A program made the position numbers and the translations under genes. A stretch of DNA of 64,000 bases from Stigonema sp. (GTDB lineage: Bacteria; Cyanobacteriota; Cyanobacteriia; Cyanobacteriales; Nostocaceae): NCBI GenBank assembly GCA_965249805.1, contig CBDFMX010000002.1:1214639-1278638 (forward strand), in the 5' to 3' direction. Below are positions 29,892 through 40,900 of this stretch, one piece after another. The notes below the pieces were generated by a model. That model was not told the DNA's origin. It saw only the letters and a list, made by a program, of their open reading frames with translations, and did not search any database. Within the stretch, counting starts at the first letter, position 1. Every line of letters starts with the position of its first letter.

Positions 29892-30767
29892 CTACTTTAG
29901 TTCAGACTTCTGTGCTTCTTGTTGCACAACCTCTAAGGGTAAGTCTAATGATTGAGCGATGATATCTTGGCTAAAACCTAAACCTAGCATCCGTTGTACT
30001 GAGTCTAACTTGGTTTCTAAGCTTACTTGTTGGGAAACTTCTTGGGAAGCTTCCTGATAAGCTTCCTGATAAGCTTCCTGATAAACTTCCTGATAAACTT
30101 CCTGATAAGCTTCCTGATAAGCTTCCTGATAAACCTTCGTCTGTTTTAACTCATTTAACCCAAACATTGCTTTAACTTCCTCCCAGCTTTTATGCGGTAA
30201 TTTATAAACAATGATTGTCTCAATCAAATTAATGAGATTCCGCTTAACTACTTCATCATTTAGCTGTTGCTTTGCTTGTTCAACTATAGCCAGTGCTTTT
30301 TCGCCTACGGTTTGTTCTGACTCAATTATAAGCTTAACAACCTCCACTCCCAAAGAAGTATCAGTTTCTGACCCCAACTCATCAAGATAAATGCGCTTGA
30401 CACGGTTAAGTGTGAGAATTTCACCAAAATGGATTTTTTCTTCCCTTTCCACAGTTCGACTGGGGTAAATCACTACCACCTGCCAAGGGTGAGAAAGTCT
30501 GTATTGGCTCAGGTAGAGAAACAGTTCGCCAAAAATCCGATAGTAAAGTGTCTCATCCGGCTGAAACTGCACTTCAACTAGATAGAAGGGTTGACTTGGT
30601 GCATCAGAAGTGGGAATGAATAACCCATCCATGCGGAAGGCAAGTTGTTTGACTTCGCGGGAGGTGAATTCATAATTAACTGCTTCATCTGATGAAGTAC
30701 CGATTAACTCAAAGAAAAACTCAGGAAACTCTTGAAACAAGCGGTAAAAGATACTATCAGTTTTCAT
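29892..30767 (-). CDS. Rpn-family recombination-promoting nuclease/putative transposase (DUF2887/DUF4351 type) with internal QEAYQEV heptapeptide repeats
   Basis: N-terminus MKTDSIFYRLFQEFPEFFFELIG and the core D...EVQ (PD-(D/E)XK-like). The 21-bp tandem repeat at 30055-30140 encodes (QEAYQEV)n. Confidence 0.65.
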   Translation of the reverse strand: MKTDSIFYRLFQEFPEFFFELIGTSSDEAVNYEFTSREVKQLAFRMDGLFIPTSDAPSQPFYLVEVQFQPDETLYYRIFGELFLYLSQYRLSHPWQVVVIYPSRTVEREEKIHFGEILTLNRVKRIYLDELGSETDTSLGVEVVKLIIESEQTVGEKALAIVEQAKQQLNDEVVKRNLINLIETIIVYKLPHKSWEEVKAMFGLNELKQTKVYQEAYQEAYQEVYQEVYQEAYQEAYQEASQEVSQQVSLETKLDSVQRMLGLGFSQDIIAQSLDLPLEVVQQEAQKSELK

Positions 30768-30886
30768 CGTGGTGCTTAATTTTGCCCATCTACTTAATTC
30801 CGCTTTCTGTGGGTTTAGGCTAAGGCGGGCAGATGCTCCCCCACAAAAAGAAGCTTGGGTGGGCTTGTGGCTGTGTTTGTGGACTA

Positions 30887-33136
30887 CTAACCGATTTTAT
30901 TATCCAACGGGAAATCAACAACAACAGGCTGACTACCATTTACCGAAGTTGGTTGTGGTGTAGCAACTTGCTGTTTTGGCTGTAAAGGTAGTAGAGTTTC
31001 ACCTTGCTTAGCAGTTTGATTCCACAAAATCATCGACAGTAGCCCATCTACCAAACCGTTGGTGCTGCCGTTATTTCCACCAACTAGCACATCTGGGATG
31101 AGACGAACCTTACCATCGCCGATAATCTGCATCATCTGCATTGCTGTATAACCTTGTGAACCCAAAGCTTCCACACCAGCACCATAAGCTTCGGCTTTCG
31201 CATTACCTGTAGCGCGGATGGCTTCTGCTTCCGCATTACCTTTAAGGCGAACAGACTCGGCTTCACCAATGGCTCTTAGGCGCACAGATTCCGCTTCTGC
31301 AGACGCTCTTAAGCGGATAGACTCGGCTTCACCTGTCATTTCTTTGACTTTGGCATTCGCCTTGAGTTCGGCAATCTTCACGCCTTGCTCGGACTTCACC
31401 GTTTCTTGCTGGATGTCAGCCTTCGCCTTGAGTTCAGCAATCTTCACACCCTGTTCGGACTTCACCATATCTTGCTGGATCTCTGCCAAAGCCGTCTCCC
31501 GGACAAGTTGTTGGCGTTGCGTTTGCGCCATCTGCTGGACTTCAAAAGTTTTGCGTTGCTCCTCGGCAATTTTCCGGTCTGTCTGGGTTTGCATCAGTGT
31601 TGCCGGCGGCTGAATATCGCCAATGAGAGTATCAATCGCTTGCACATCATAAGCCCGCAGCGCCGTTCTAATAAACTCAGCAGCTTCAACTTGCCGTTCG
31701 CTACGAGCGCTGAGAAAATCTAGTACAGTACACTCTTGAGCTGAGTTGCGGAAATAATTCCCGATGGTAGGTTCTAACACATGGTCTACTAAATTCTGCA
31801 TCGCACCAACGCGGGAAATCACCTTTGGAGCATCCAAAGCACCTACGTGAATAATTTGCGCCACTTCTAGATCGAAGGCAAATCCGTCTCTAGAACGTAC
31901 CGTCAAGGAAGATAGTTGAGCATCATAGCTGTGGCGTTCGGTGCGACCTGACCAGTTTAAAACGATGTTGGTCGTTGGCACCAGTTCAATTTTCATCACG
32001 CGGGTGTTGAGGGGGTGTTTACCAGGATAAAGTGGTTCAATCCACACGCCCTTATGCCCCGTATTCACTAAATTACCATGAGTAAAGGCGGCGCCGCTGA
32101 CATCTTCATGTGCCTTACCCACGAAAGAAATCACCACGCCTACATACCCAATGGGAATTGCCGTCATTGGTACTTGCTCAACCTGGACAAACCAAGGGTT
32201 CAAGTTCCAAGAACCAGAAAGGAGAATCTGCTCTTGTAAGCCGCGTCGCCCACTACCATCAATGAATTTCTGCCCACTCTGGAAGTTATCGTGTCCGTTA
32301 ATTATTGGACCTGCGATTTCACCACCGGGAATTGGCATCCCATCTAGGGTTGTGACTATACCAACTTTTTCGGAAACAACGGTATACACCTGCAACTGTT
32401 CAGGAGTCATGCCGTGGGTACTGGCATTTCCCGCCATAATAATCTTAAATAAGGCGGTGTTGATCCGGTAAGTACCAGCGGTTAGGAAACCCATTTGCCG
32501 ACCTTTTTCCCCACCTTGGGTCAGGAATTTTCGCGCATCTTGGAAATTGTCGCAATCTACAATTTTGCCCAATATCCGCTCTGGCGGATTGGATGCGCCA
32601 TCTGCCGCCACAAGCAGGGCGATTTCACCTTGGGGGACAACGACGACTGTTTCTTTGCGTACTGAGTACTGCCAAGGCCAATGACCCCAGTGCCAACCAG
32701 GAGCAAGGGTATCAGCCTGCAAGCCTGCTTCACCGTTGAGAGCAATCAATCTCCCGGCTGGCAGTCCCCGTCCAGAAATGGTAAACTTTTTAACAACAAT
32801 ACCAACTTCACGTTCGTTGATCACCACTAGTCCGCCAAAGAACAGGGGGACAAAAATGACTAGACCGCCGACAATAACTATCGGGACCACTCCCCAAGCA
32901 CTAGCTTGCTGTGTTGGGATCTGAGCAATTGTTACTGGTTTAGTTTTTTCCACTTGGACTGACGCCAACGTGATTTGTTTTGCAGTATTGGTTTTGGTAG
33001 GAGTAGCACTGGCAGAATGAATACCGCCAGCCAGCGCTAAGGTTGCTAAGACAGATGCTGCAACGCCAAATATTTTATGTGGCTGACGCTGATTACAGGA
33101 ATCTTGACTTTTCATATCTTTTGCCACTAAGGGCAA
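30887..33136 (-). CDS. flotillin-like SPFH/band-7 domain protein
   Basis: N-terminal TM segment, SPFH core, and a long Ala/Glu-rich coiled-coil with repeats of the type ETVKSEQGVKIAELKA and AEAESVRLRA, typical of flotillin/YqiK. The true start is likely at the internal MKSQ. Confidence 0.7.
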   Translation of the reverse strand: MPLVAKDMKSQDSCNQRQPHKIFGVAASVLATLALAGGIHSASATPTKTNTAKQITLASVQVEKTKPVTIAQIPTQQASAWGVVPIVIVGGLVIFVPLFFGGLVVINEREVGIVVKKFTISGRGLPAGRLIALNGEAGLQADTLAPGWHWGHWPWQYSVRKETVVVVPQGEIALLVAADGASNPPERILGKIVDCDNFQDARKFLTQGGEKGRQMGFLTAGTYRINTALFKIIMAGNASTHGMTPEQLQVYTVVSEKVGIVTTLDGMPIPGGEIAGPIINGHDNFQSGQKFIDGSGRRGLQEQILLSGSWNLNPWFVQVEQVPMTAIPIGYVGVVISFVGKAHEDVSGAAFTHGNLVNTGHKGVWIEPLYPGKHPLNTRVMKIELVPTTNIVLNWSGRTERHSYDAQLSSLTVRSRDGFAFDLEVAQIIHVGALDAPKVISRVGAMQNLVDHVLEPTIGNYFRNSAQECTVLDFLSARSERQVEAAEFIRTALRAYDVQAIDTLIGDIQPPATLMQTQTDRKIAEEQRKTFEVQQMAQTQRQQLVRETALAEIQQDMVKSEQGVKIAELKAKADIQQETVKSEQGVKIAELKANAKVKEMTGEAESIRLRASAEAESVRLRAIGEAESVRLKGNAEAEAIRATGNAKAEAYGAGVEALGSQGYTAMQMMQIIGDGKVRLIPDVLVGGNNGSTNGLVDGLLSMILWNQTAKQGETLLPLQPKQQVATPQPTSVNGSQPVVVDFPLDNKIG

Positions 33137-33286
33137 TATTTATCTAATATATCACTTCACTAAGAGTTCCCAGGATTTCTGAAACTGGCTGTAATATTTA
33201 TAAAAATTTATAAAAATTTTGTATGGGGTGTTGACTGCACAATAAGAATTTAGGCTATTCTCGGCATAGCTATGTAAAATGATACT

Positions 33287-33910
33287 ATGCCAAAAATTTC
33301 TATCAACGAAGCTGCTAAATTACTTGGCGTCTCTGCCGATACCTTGAGACGTTGGGAAGAAGAAGGAAAGATTCAATCAGAACGCACGGAAGGGGGTCAT
33401 CGCCGTTATGATGTTGCCAAGTTACTCAACAGAAAAGAGCCACAAGGTAAGACTATCTGCTACGCCCGTGTTAGTACTCGTCCTCAGAAAGCCGACTTAG
33501 AGCGTCAAGTTGCGGTATTATCCGCTTATTGTGAGCAACATGGTTGGGATTATGAGGTGATTAAAGACCTTGGCTCTGGAATAAATTATAGTAAGAAAGG
33601 CTTATTGAAACTCCTGAATCTGATTGTATCTGGAGAAATACGCCGTCTGGTTATCACTCATAAAGATCGATTAATGCGCTTTGGTGCAGAGATGATTTTC
33701 AGTTTATGTGAAATGTTTGAGACTGAAGTCATTATTATTAATCGTTCAATGGAAACCAGTCCCGAAGAAGATCTTGCTGAAGATGTGTTGGAAGTCATTA
33801 CTGTTTTCTCTGCCAGACTATACAGCTTACGCAGCGATCAAAACAGGATGCTAATCGATGAATTAGAAAAAACTGCTAAAAGAATTAAAGAAAATTCCGT
33901 AATTGACTAG
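33287..33910 (+). CDS. tnpA: IS607-family TnpA (HTH plus serine recombinase), solo copy without an adjacent tnpB
   Basis: LGVSADTLRRWEEEGKIQSERTEGGHRRY (MerR-like HTH) and ICYARVSTRPQKADLERQ (catalytic Ser). Paralogous to the 8501..9100 gene. A -35/-10-like TTGACT...TATGTAAAAT lies upstream. Confidence 0.8.
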   Translation: MPKISINEAAKLLGVSADTLRRWEEEGKIQSERTEGGHRRYDVAKLLNRKEPQGKTICYARVSTRPQKADLERQVAVLSAYCEQHGWDYEVIKDLGSGINYSKKGLLKLLNLIVSGEIRRLVITHKDRLMRFGAEMIFSLCEMFETEVIIINRSMETSPEEDLAEDVLEVITVFSARLYSLRSDQNRMLIDELEKTAKRIKENSVID

Positions 33911-33959
33911 GAAAATTCGGTAGATTAAAGTCGTGTTATACATTGATGGCATGACCGAA

Positions 33960-34000
33960 TAATTCGTAATTCGTAATTCGTAATTCGTAATTAAAGAGGG
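33960..34000. repeat. STRR heptamer array (AATTCGT)x5
   Basis: taattcgtaattcgtaattcgtaattcgtaatt, read directly. Confidence 0.85.
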
Positions 34001-34034
34001 TACTTGCCAAAGCACTAAGCCTGATATGCCAGAT

Positions 34035-34150
34035 GCCGTCATGATATCAAATCCGGTTGATTGCACATGGTATTTGTAGGGGCACAGCAGTGCTGTGCCC
34101 CTACCGTTTGTGTGTTCATTTAACCGGATTTGATATGACAACTGATCTGA
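34035..34150. repeat. about 100-bp MITE (TIR tcatatcaaatccggtt / aaccggatttgatatga, central hairpin gtaggggcacagcagtgctgtgcccctac); second copy at 63225-63335
   Basis: The two copies are more than 95% identical by eye. Confidence 0.75.
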
Positions 34151-34628
34151 GGGAATCCCAAAAAATAAATTCTCCATTCCGTAGGGTGTGTTAGCGCTAC
34201 TCGTAACGCACCCTACTATTTTTTTAATTGGAAGTCCCTTAGCAATACTGCTCGGTTAAGATAAATTATCAACCGTCAACGTATGTAGAGACGCGACGCC
34301 ATAAAGCTTGGTGCAGTCGCCTACGGCGGGAAACACTCATTCAGCGCTGCAACACCTGTCGCCTACGGAGGGAGACACTCATTCAGCGCACCGCGAGAAT
34401 TTCGCGTCTCTACACCGATTTAATTCCCACCAGAAATCCAAAACCTACGTAGTATTGAGTCCCTTAGTACTTTCCATCCTAAGTCATCTGTATTAAAAAA
34501 GTTATAGATGTTAGATTAAACACCGAATATCATTTGACAAAAATTCAATTAAATGTTATAATTAGCTTCATTTTTTAACCAGATTTAAGCTACCATAAGG
34601 GTATCCACTGAACGCAGTCCAAATTTCC

Positions 34629-35216
34629 ATGTCTCGTTGGTTTAATACCGCAGGTCCAAGGCATCGCCGACATTCATTATATGCTGTCGCCGACCATTCG
34701 GTTGCCTAACTTGGAGCAGATGATTGAACAACGTAGCTATTTTGTGATTCATGCGCCTCGTCAAACGGGTAAAGGTGAGACAGCCCTGAAGGAGGGTTTC
34801 CCTCCGTAGGGGACTGCTTTCCCGTTGGGCGTCAGCATGGCGAACCGTTGCTTGGTAGTGCAGTTTACCATGAGATTGCACCTCATTTAGTGCTGATGGC
34901 GTTTTTACATCGCGTGGTTAATGGTGGTGGAACTCTCGAACGCGAATATGCGATTGGACGCGAACGCATGGATTTGTGTCTGACATATGGAAAGATAACA
35001 TTAGGGATTGAGTTAAAAGCTTGGCGTGATCAAAAGAAAGACCCATTAGAAGCTGGTTTGTCACAGTTAGATTCTTATTTGGCACGGTTGGGAGAAGATT
35101 TTGGTTGGTTAGTTATTTTCGACCGACGCAGCAATGCACTACCTTTAGATGAACGGTTGGCGACTCAAGTTACAACTACGAAAAATGGACGTTCTGTCAC
35201 CGTTGTGCGTGCATAG
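34629..35216 (+). pseudogene. AAA-ATPase-like/PD-(D/E)XK nuclease family (DUF1703 type) gene remnant; N-terminal about 50 codons fused to the C-terminal nuclease domain across a deletion and a hairpin-repeat insertion
   Basis: MSRWFNTAGP start and, after a 1-nt shift, ADIHYMLSPTIRLPNLEQMIEQRSYFVIHAPRQTGKGET (Walker A). This runs straight into the hairpin gaaggagggtttccctccgtagg. ORF 34848..35216 carries GRERMDLCL...IGIELK, the PD-(D/E)XK core. Confidence 0.55.
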
Positions 35217-35507
35217 GGGTAGTAATGCAACACTTCTCGGTTAAGGGTAGTTGCTCCGGAGAAACCGGGTTTGTGTGAAGTAAACTAGAAATAGCGATAA
35301 TTTTGATGAGTTTTGGGGAAAACCAGCCATTGTTAAATGACAACCTACCCAGGTACTTGCCCTCTGCTGAAAAATTACCCGATGACCATACCCGTGTGGT
35401 AATGGTGCTGGTTAAGGCGATCGCAGTCAACCCAATATCTCACCACCATGCTCATCCAAGTTTATACTCATACATATTTTTAGAATAAAGCTAAAGAGGT
35501 TCTAGAT

Positions 35508-37710
35508 ATGGAATTGTTAGTTCCTTGGGGCGTAGTTAACATTTCGGGGTTTATTTTTAAACCAATTCTTGAAGAAATTGCGAAATTGACGACAGCCGCC
35601 TTAGAAGATTACGTTAAGAATTTCTTTGGCGTATCTATCAAAAATTGGGTGGATATCGCTAAAGAAATATCTTTAAAAATTGCTTTTGGTAAAGCTATTA
35701 AAGAATTTTTAGGATTGGTGCAACAAGAATTAGAAGATGCAGATGTAGATGTAGATGAAATAAAGCAATATAAAACTTCTTTAAAAGAGTTTATTCTCGA
35801 TCGATCTGTTCTCGAAGAACTTGGAAAGCCTCTTCAAAAAGCCTTGGGCAACACCACATCTGAGACTAACAGTCAAACTATCGATACTACAATATTAATA
35901 CAAAATTGGAATAATCTCAATTTAAAGGTTTTACCACCAAATTTTAATTGGCAGCAACTTGCAAAAAGATATGTGAAAAAACTTAATTCTATACTGCGAG
36001 ATTCTGATGAACTACAGAAAGTGTTGGATTCAGCAAGTCTGGCAGGAATACGGGAAACCCTTGCACAAGTGGCTCCCATTTCACCTGATTTTGATTTTAC
36101 TCGTTATAAGAATGGTTTGATGACAGCTTATGGCAACCTAAAATTGGATAGTTTAGACACTAGCGGTAGTCATTATACTCTACAACTGTGGATCATATTT
36201 GTGGCACAAAAAGTGCTGGAAGAGAGTTCTCAACAACAAACTGAAGGCTCTGTATTTGATCTACTAAATAATGATCGGCAAAATTATAAATATACGGTAA
36301 TTTTAGGCAACCCCGGTTCTGGTAAGTCTACTTTAGCGCAATATAAAGCAATAGAATGGGCAAGGAATTCATCGGAGAGATTTGTCATTACAAGAATTAC
36401 CCTTATTAATTGAATTACGCAACTATATCGCCGAGAAAGATAATTATAATAATTTTTTGGAATACTTACATAAAGGAACTGGGTTACGTGGTGGTAACCT
36501 AAATCAAAAAGAACTGGATGACTGGTTAAAAAATCAATCATCAATTGTGATGTTTGATGGTCTAGATGAGGTACTGGATACCAGAAAACGAGAAAATGTA
36601 GCTATTGATATTATTAATTTTAGCATAACTTATCCAAAAGTACGAGTTTTAGTCACATCTCGTGTCATTGGTTATGAAGATCAGCATCAAAAATTCCGAG
36701 ATGCAAATTTTCGTCATTTTATGCTGCAAGATTTAGATGAAGAGCAAATCTGTAGTTTTGTCACTCAGTGGCATAAATTGGCTTTTGGTGACGACAATGA
36801 AAGGAATAAAAAACGCGATCGCTTGCAAAAAAGTATAGAAAATTCTCGATCTTTTAGAGAATTGGCAGGGAATCCCTTGCTGCTGACAATGATGGCAATT
36901 CTCAATAGACATGAGGAATTGCCAAGAGATAGAGCAACTCTCTACGAACACGCATCTATGGTGTTGCTACAAAAGTGGGATGCAGAGCGAAATCTGCAAG
37001 ATAAATCTCTAGAGCCTAAAATTAGTGGCTATCTTGACTATAAAGTGAAACAAGACATGCTGCGAAAAATCGCTTACAAAATGCAATCAGACGCAAGTGT
37101 TATTGGCAATAGTTTAGTTATCACTGGAGATGCTCTAGAAAAATTCATCACTGGTTATTTAAGAGATAGAGGATTTAACGAACCCCATTTGATTGCCAAA
37201 GTGTTACTGAAACAGCTAACGGATCGTAGCTTTATATTGTGTTTTATGGGAGGAGATAGTTATAGCTTTGTGCATCGTACTTTTTTGGAATATTTCTGTG
37301 CTTGGTATTTTATTTGGGAATACGAACACGAAAAAAATATCTCACTGGAAGACCTCAAAGAGAAAATTTTTGCCAAGCGATGGACAGATGAAGCTTGGCG
37401 CGAAATAATTATTTTAATTACTGGTAAAATTTCGGAGAAATTTGCTGCTGAACTTATAGATTCTTTAGTTGAAAAAGATGGAAAATCACGTGATTTTGAC
37501 AATTTGTTGATAGCATGTGAATGCCTGCAAAACGTTAGAAATCGCTCGTTGATTAAAGAAACAGACAGGAAACTGCTTGATAAACTGAAAGACTTGCTTA
37601 CTAGGCAGCCTGGGATAAAGAATGAAATACGCAATAAGGTAGTTGCAGTCGTTAAAGCTACTTGGCATGATGATTCAGAAACTTTACAATGGGTTGAAGC
37701 TTTAGCTTAG
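35508..37710 (+). CDS. NACHT-family STAND NTPase (paralog 1) with uncharacterised about 270-aa N-terminal domain; +1 frameshift at about 36380
   Basis: Walker A VILGNPGSGKSTLAQY at the end of ORF 35508..36413. Walker B IVMFDGLDEV and GNPLLLTMMAIL sit in ORF 36382..37710. Alignment to paralog 2 places an extra A within tcatcggagagatttg. Confidence 0.7.
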
Positions 37711-37940
37711 TAAAATAGAGTTAGAAGGTAAGGATTCAGGTCTAAAGTTAAGGTATTAAAGATGGTGGTTGCAGATCAGGGTTGACCATTGCTTTTATAG
37801 CTTGCTCAAAAAAGAGAATAATTTCATTAAACCCCGACGACTGGAAGTCGCGGCTACACAGACAAAGTCCGCCTACGCGGACTAACCTAAATATAGGGTT
37901 TCAAATTTAATTTGGCGAGAGTAATAAAAGAGCGTTATTT

Positions 37941-40900
37941 ATGCTAGACCGCGTAGTTGCTTGGGGAGTCAGGAATTTATTCGGGTTTGTCTTTAAGACT
38001 CTCCTGGAAGAACTGGCGCGGAACAATTTAGAAAAATCTACCCAAAACTTTTTCTATAAACGGTTACAAAATTTTCCTTTTGCTATAGGGATTCGGCAAC
38101 AAGAAAGTTTAGAAATTGTATTTGGTCAAGCCTTAAAGGAATTTTTGTTGCAGGTACAGCAGCAATTAGAAGATGCAGATTTGTCGGAAAAAGAAATTCA
38201 GCAGTACATTAACCCCTTGCGGCAGTTTATTAGTGATCAAAATGTACAGGTAGAACTGGGAAAGCCATTTCTAGATGAAGTTTCTGATGCTGGCACTTTG
38301 GCAGAGATTTGGCTTGAGTTAAAATTGTCACCGCTACCCGCCGATTTTGACTGGGAACTACTTACCAAACGATATGCTAAGAAAGCTAAGGCTATCCTGC
38401 AAGAATCGGATGAATTATATTCTATTCGTGAACCTAAAAATCTCGCAGCAATCCAGAAAAATACCAAAGAATTTGCTGGGATTGTGCCAGATTTTGATTT
38501 GATGCGTTATCGAACAGAAGTTCAAAAAGCTTATGGTTATCTCAGACTGGATAACTTTGATACATCAGGTTACAGTTACAACCTGAAGTTATGGAATATG
38601 TTCGTAGCACAAAATGTGCGTGAGGTGAATGAAGCTTTGCCACAGGTTTATGAACTACCAAAAGAACATATAGAACGGCTCAAAAAAAGTGGTCAACTGG
38701 AAGATCTAGAAATAGGACCAGAAATTTTAGAACAATACAAACGGGCTTACTCTCAACAAGCCAGCCGCTCGGTATTAGAACTGATTGCCGAGAGGCAGAC
38801 TTATAAATACATTGTGATTTTAGGTGATCCTGGCTCTGGCAAATCTAGTTTGTTGCAATACTTAACGCTGCTATGGGCAGAAGCACCAATTCAGGATTTG
38901 TCCTCATTACCAATTCCCTTGCTGATTGAATTACGTACCTATGTACGGAGTCGAGATAATCAGGAATGTGAAAATTTCTTGGAGTTTTTCCAGCAAGGAG
39001 GTGGGTGCATCTGTCCTCTCAATTTGCCTCAACTTGATGCACTGCTAACAAGTGGTAAGGCATTTGTGATGTTTGATGGCTTGGATGAAGTATTTGAACC
39101 TATTAAACGAGAAGAAGCTATTACAGATATTATTAATTTTACCCAAAAGTATCCCTTGGTGCGGGTGTTGGTGACTTCTCGGGTGATTGGCTATAAGCCG
39201 CAAAGATTGCGAGATGCAAATTTCCGGCAGTTTATGCTGCAAGATTTAGAACCAGAACAAATTCAGGAGTTTATCAACCGCTGGCACGATTTTGCCTTTA
39301 ACGACTCTTTGGAAAAGCAAAGAAAAAAAGAACGCCTTGAAAGGGCAATTCATGATTCCCTGGCAATTCGCCAACTTGCTGGTAATCCCTTGTTGCTGAC
39401 AATGATGGCAATTCTTAACCGCAATCAGGAACTACCAAGAGATAGAACAGAACTTTATAGCCAAGCCTCACGAGTGCTACTACAGCAATGGGATTTAGAA
39501 AAACTCTTGATGGAGGTAGAACCGACAACAATTGATTACAAAGATAAGCAGGAGATGCTACGTCAAGTTGCCTATCATATGCAAACCAGTGAAAAAGGTT
39601 TGGCAGGCAACTTGATTAGCAAGGATGATTTAGAAAAGATTTTAATGGGCTATTTGAAAAATATAGGAGTTACTCAAGAAACAAGAAAAGCGCAGTTGAT
39701 AATTGAGCAGCTACGCGAACGCAACTTTATTTTATGCTTTTTAGGTGCGAATTACTATGCTTTTGTACATCGGACTTTTTTGGAATACTTCTGTGCTTGG
39801 GAGTTTGTCTGGCAGTTTGAGAAAGAACGAAACATTACATTGGATGATCTTAAAAGGAAAGTTTTTGGCAAACATTGGCAAGATGAAACATGGCACGAAG
39901 TCTTGCGCCTAATTGCCGGAATGATTGATGCCAAGTTTGTTGGTGAAATTATTGATGACTTAATGGCGCAAAATGGCGAAGAGGAAAAGTTTATCAACCT
40001 CTTTTTGGCGGCTAAGTGTCTTACAGAGGTGAGAAATCGCTCAGTAATTGCCTCAATTGCTACTAAATTACTTAACAAGATCAAACACTTAACTAAATAT
40101 GACCTTTGGTACTATTACGTACCCGATGGCGAAGAAACTAAGCTAGTTCAGGAAATTCGCACCCAAGCGGTTGCAGCAGTTGCAACAACTTGGCAAGAAT
40201 CTCCCGACACCAAAACCTTCCTCATTGAACGCGCCTCCACTGATGATCGTTGGGATGTGCGACGTGCAGCAGTGCAAGAATTAGCACGGGGATTCAAAGA
40301 TGACCCTGACACCAAAACCATCCTCATTGAACGCGCCTCCACTGATGATGATGGGATGTGCGAGGTGCAGCAGTGCAAGAATTAGCACGGGGATTCAAAG
40401 ATGACCCTGACACCAAAACCATCCTCATTCAACGCGCCTCCACTGATGATCGTTGGGATGTGCGACGTGCAGCAGTGCAAGAATTAGCACGGGGATTCAA
40501 AGATGACCCTGACACCAAAACCTTCCTCATTCAACGCGCCTCCACTGATGATGATGCGGATGTGCGACGTGCAGCAGTGCAAGAATTAGCACGGGGATTC
40601 AAAGATGACCCTGACACCAAAACCTTCCTCATTCAACGCGCCTCCACTGATGATCGTTGGGATGTGCGACGTGCAGCAGTGCAAGAATTAGCACGGGGAT
40701 TCAAAGATGACCCTGACACCAAAACCATCCTCATTGAACGCGCCTCCACTGATGATCGTTGGGATGTGCGACGTGCAGCAGTGCAAGAATTAGCACGGGG
40801 ATTCAAAGATGACCCTGACACCAAAACCTCCTTTGAACGCGCCTCCACTGATGATCGTTGGGATGTGCGACGTGCAGCAGTGCAAGAATTAGCACGGGGA

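Noticed and set aside
31218-32924. Plus-strand ORFs inside the flotillin gene
   Set aside because: Antisense shadows produced by the Ala/Glu-rich repeat region. No independent support.
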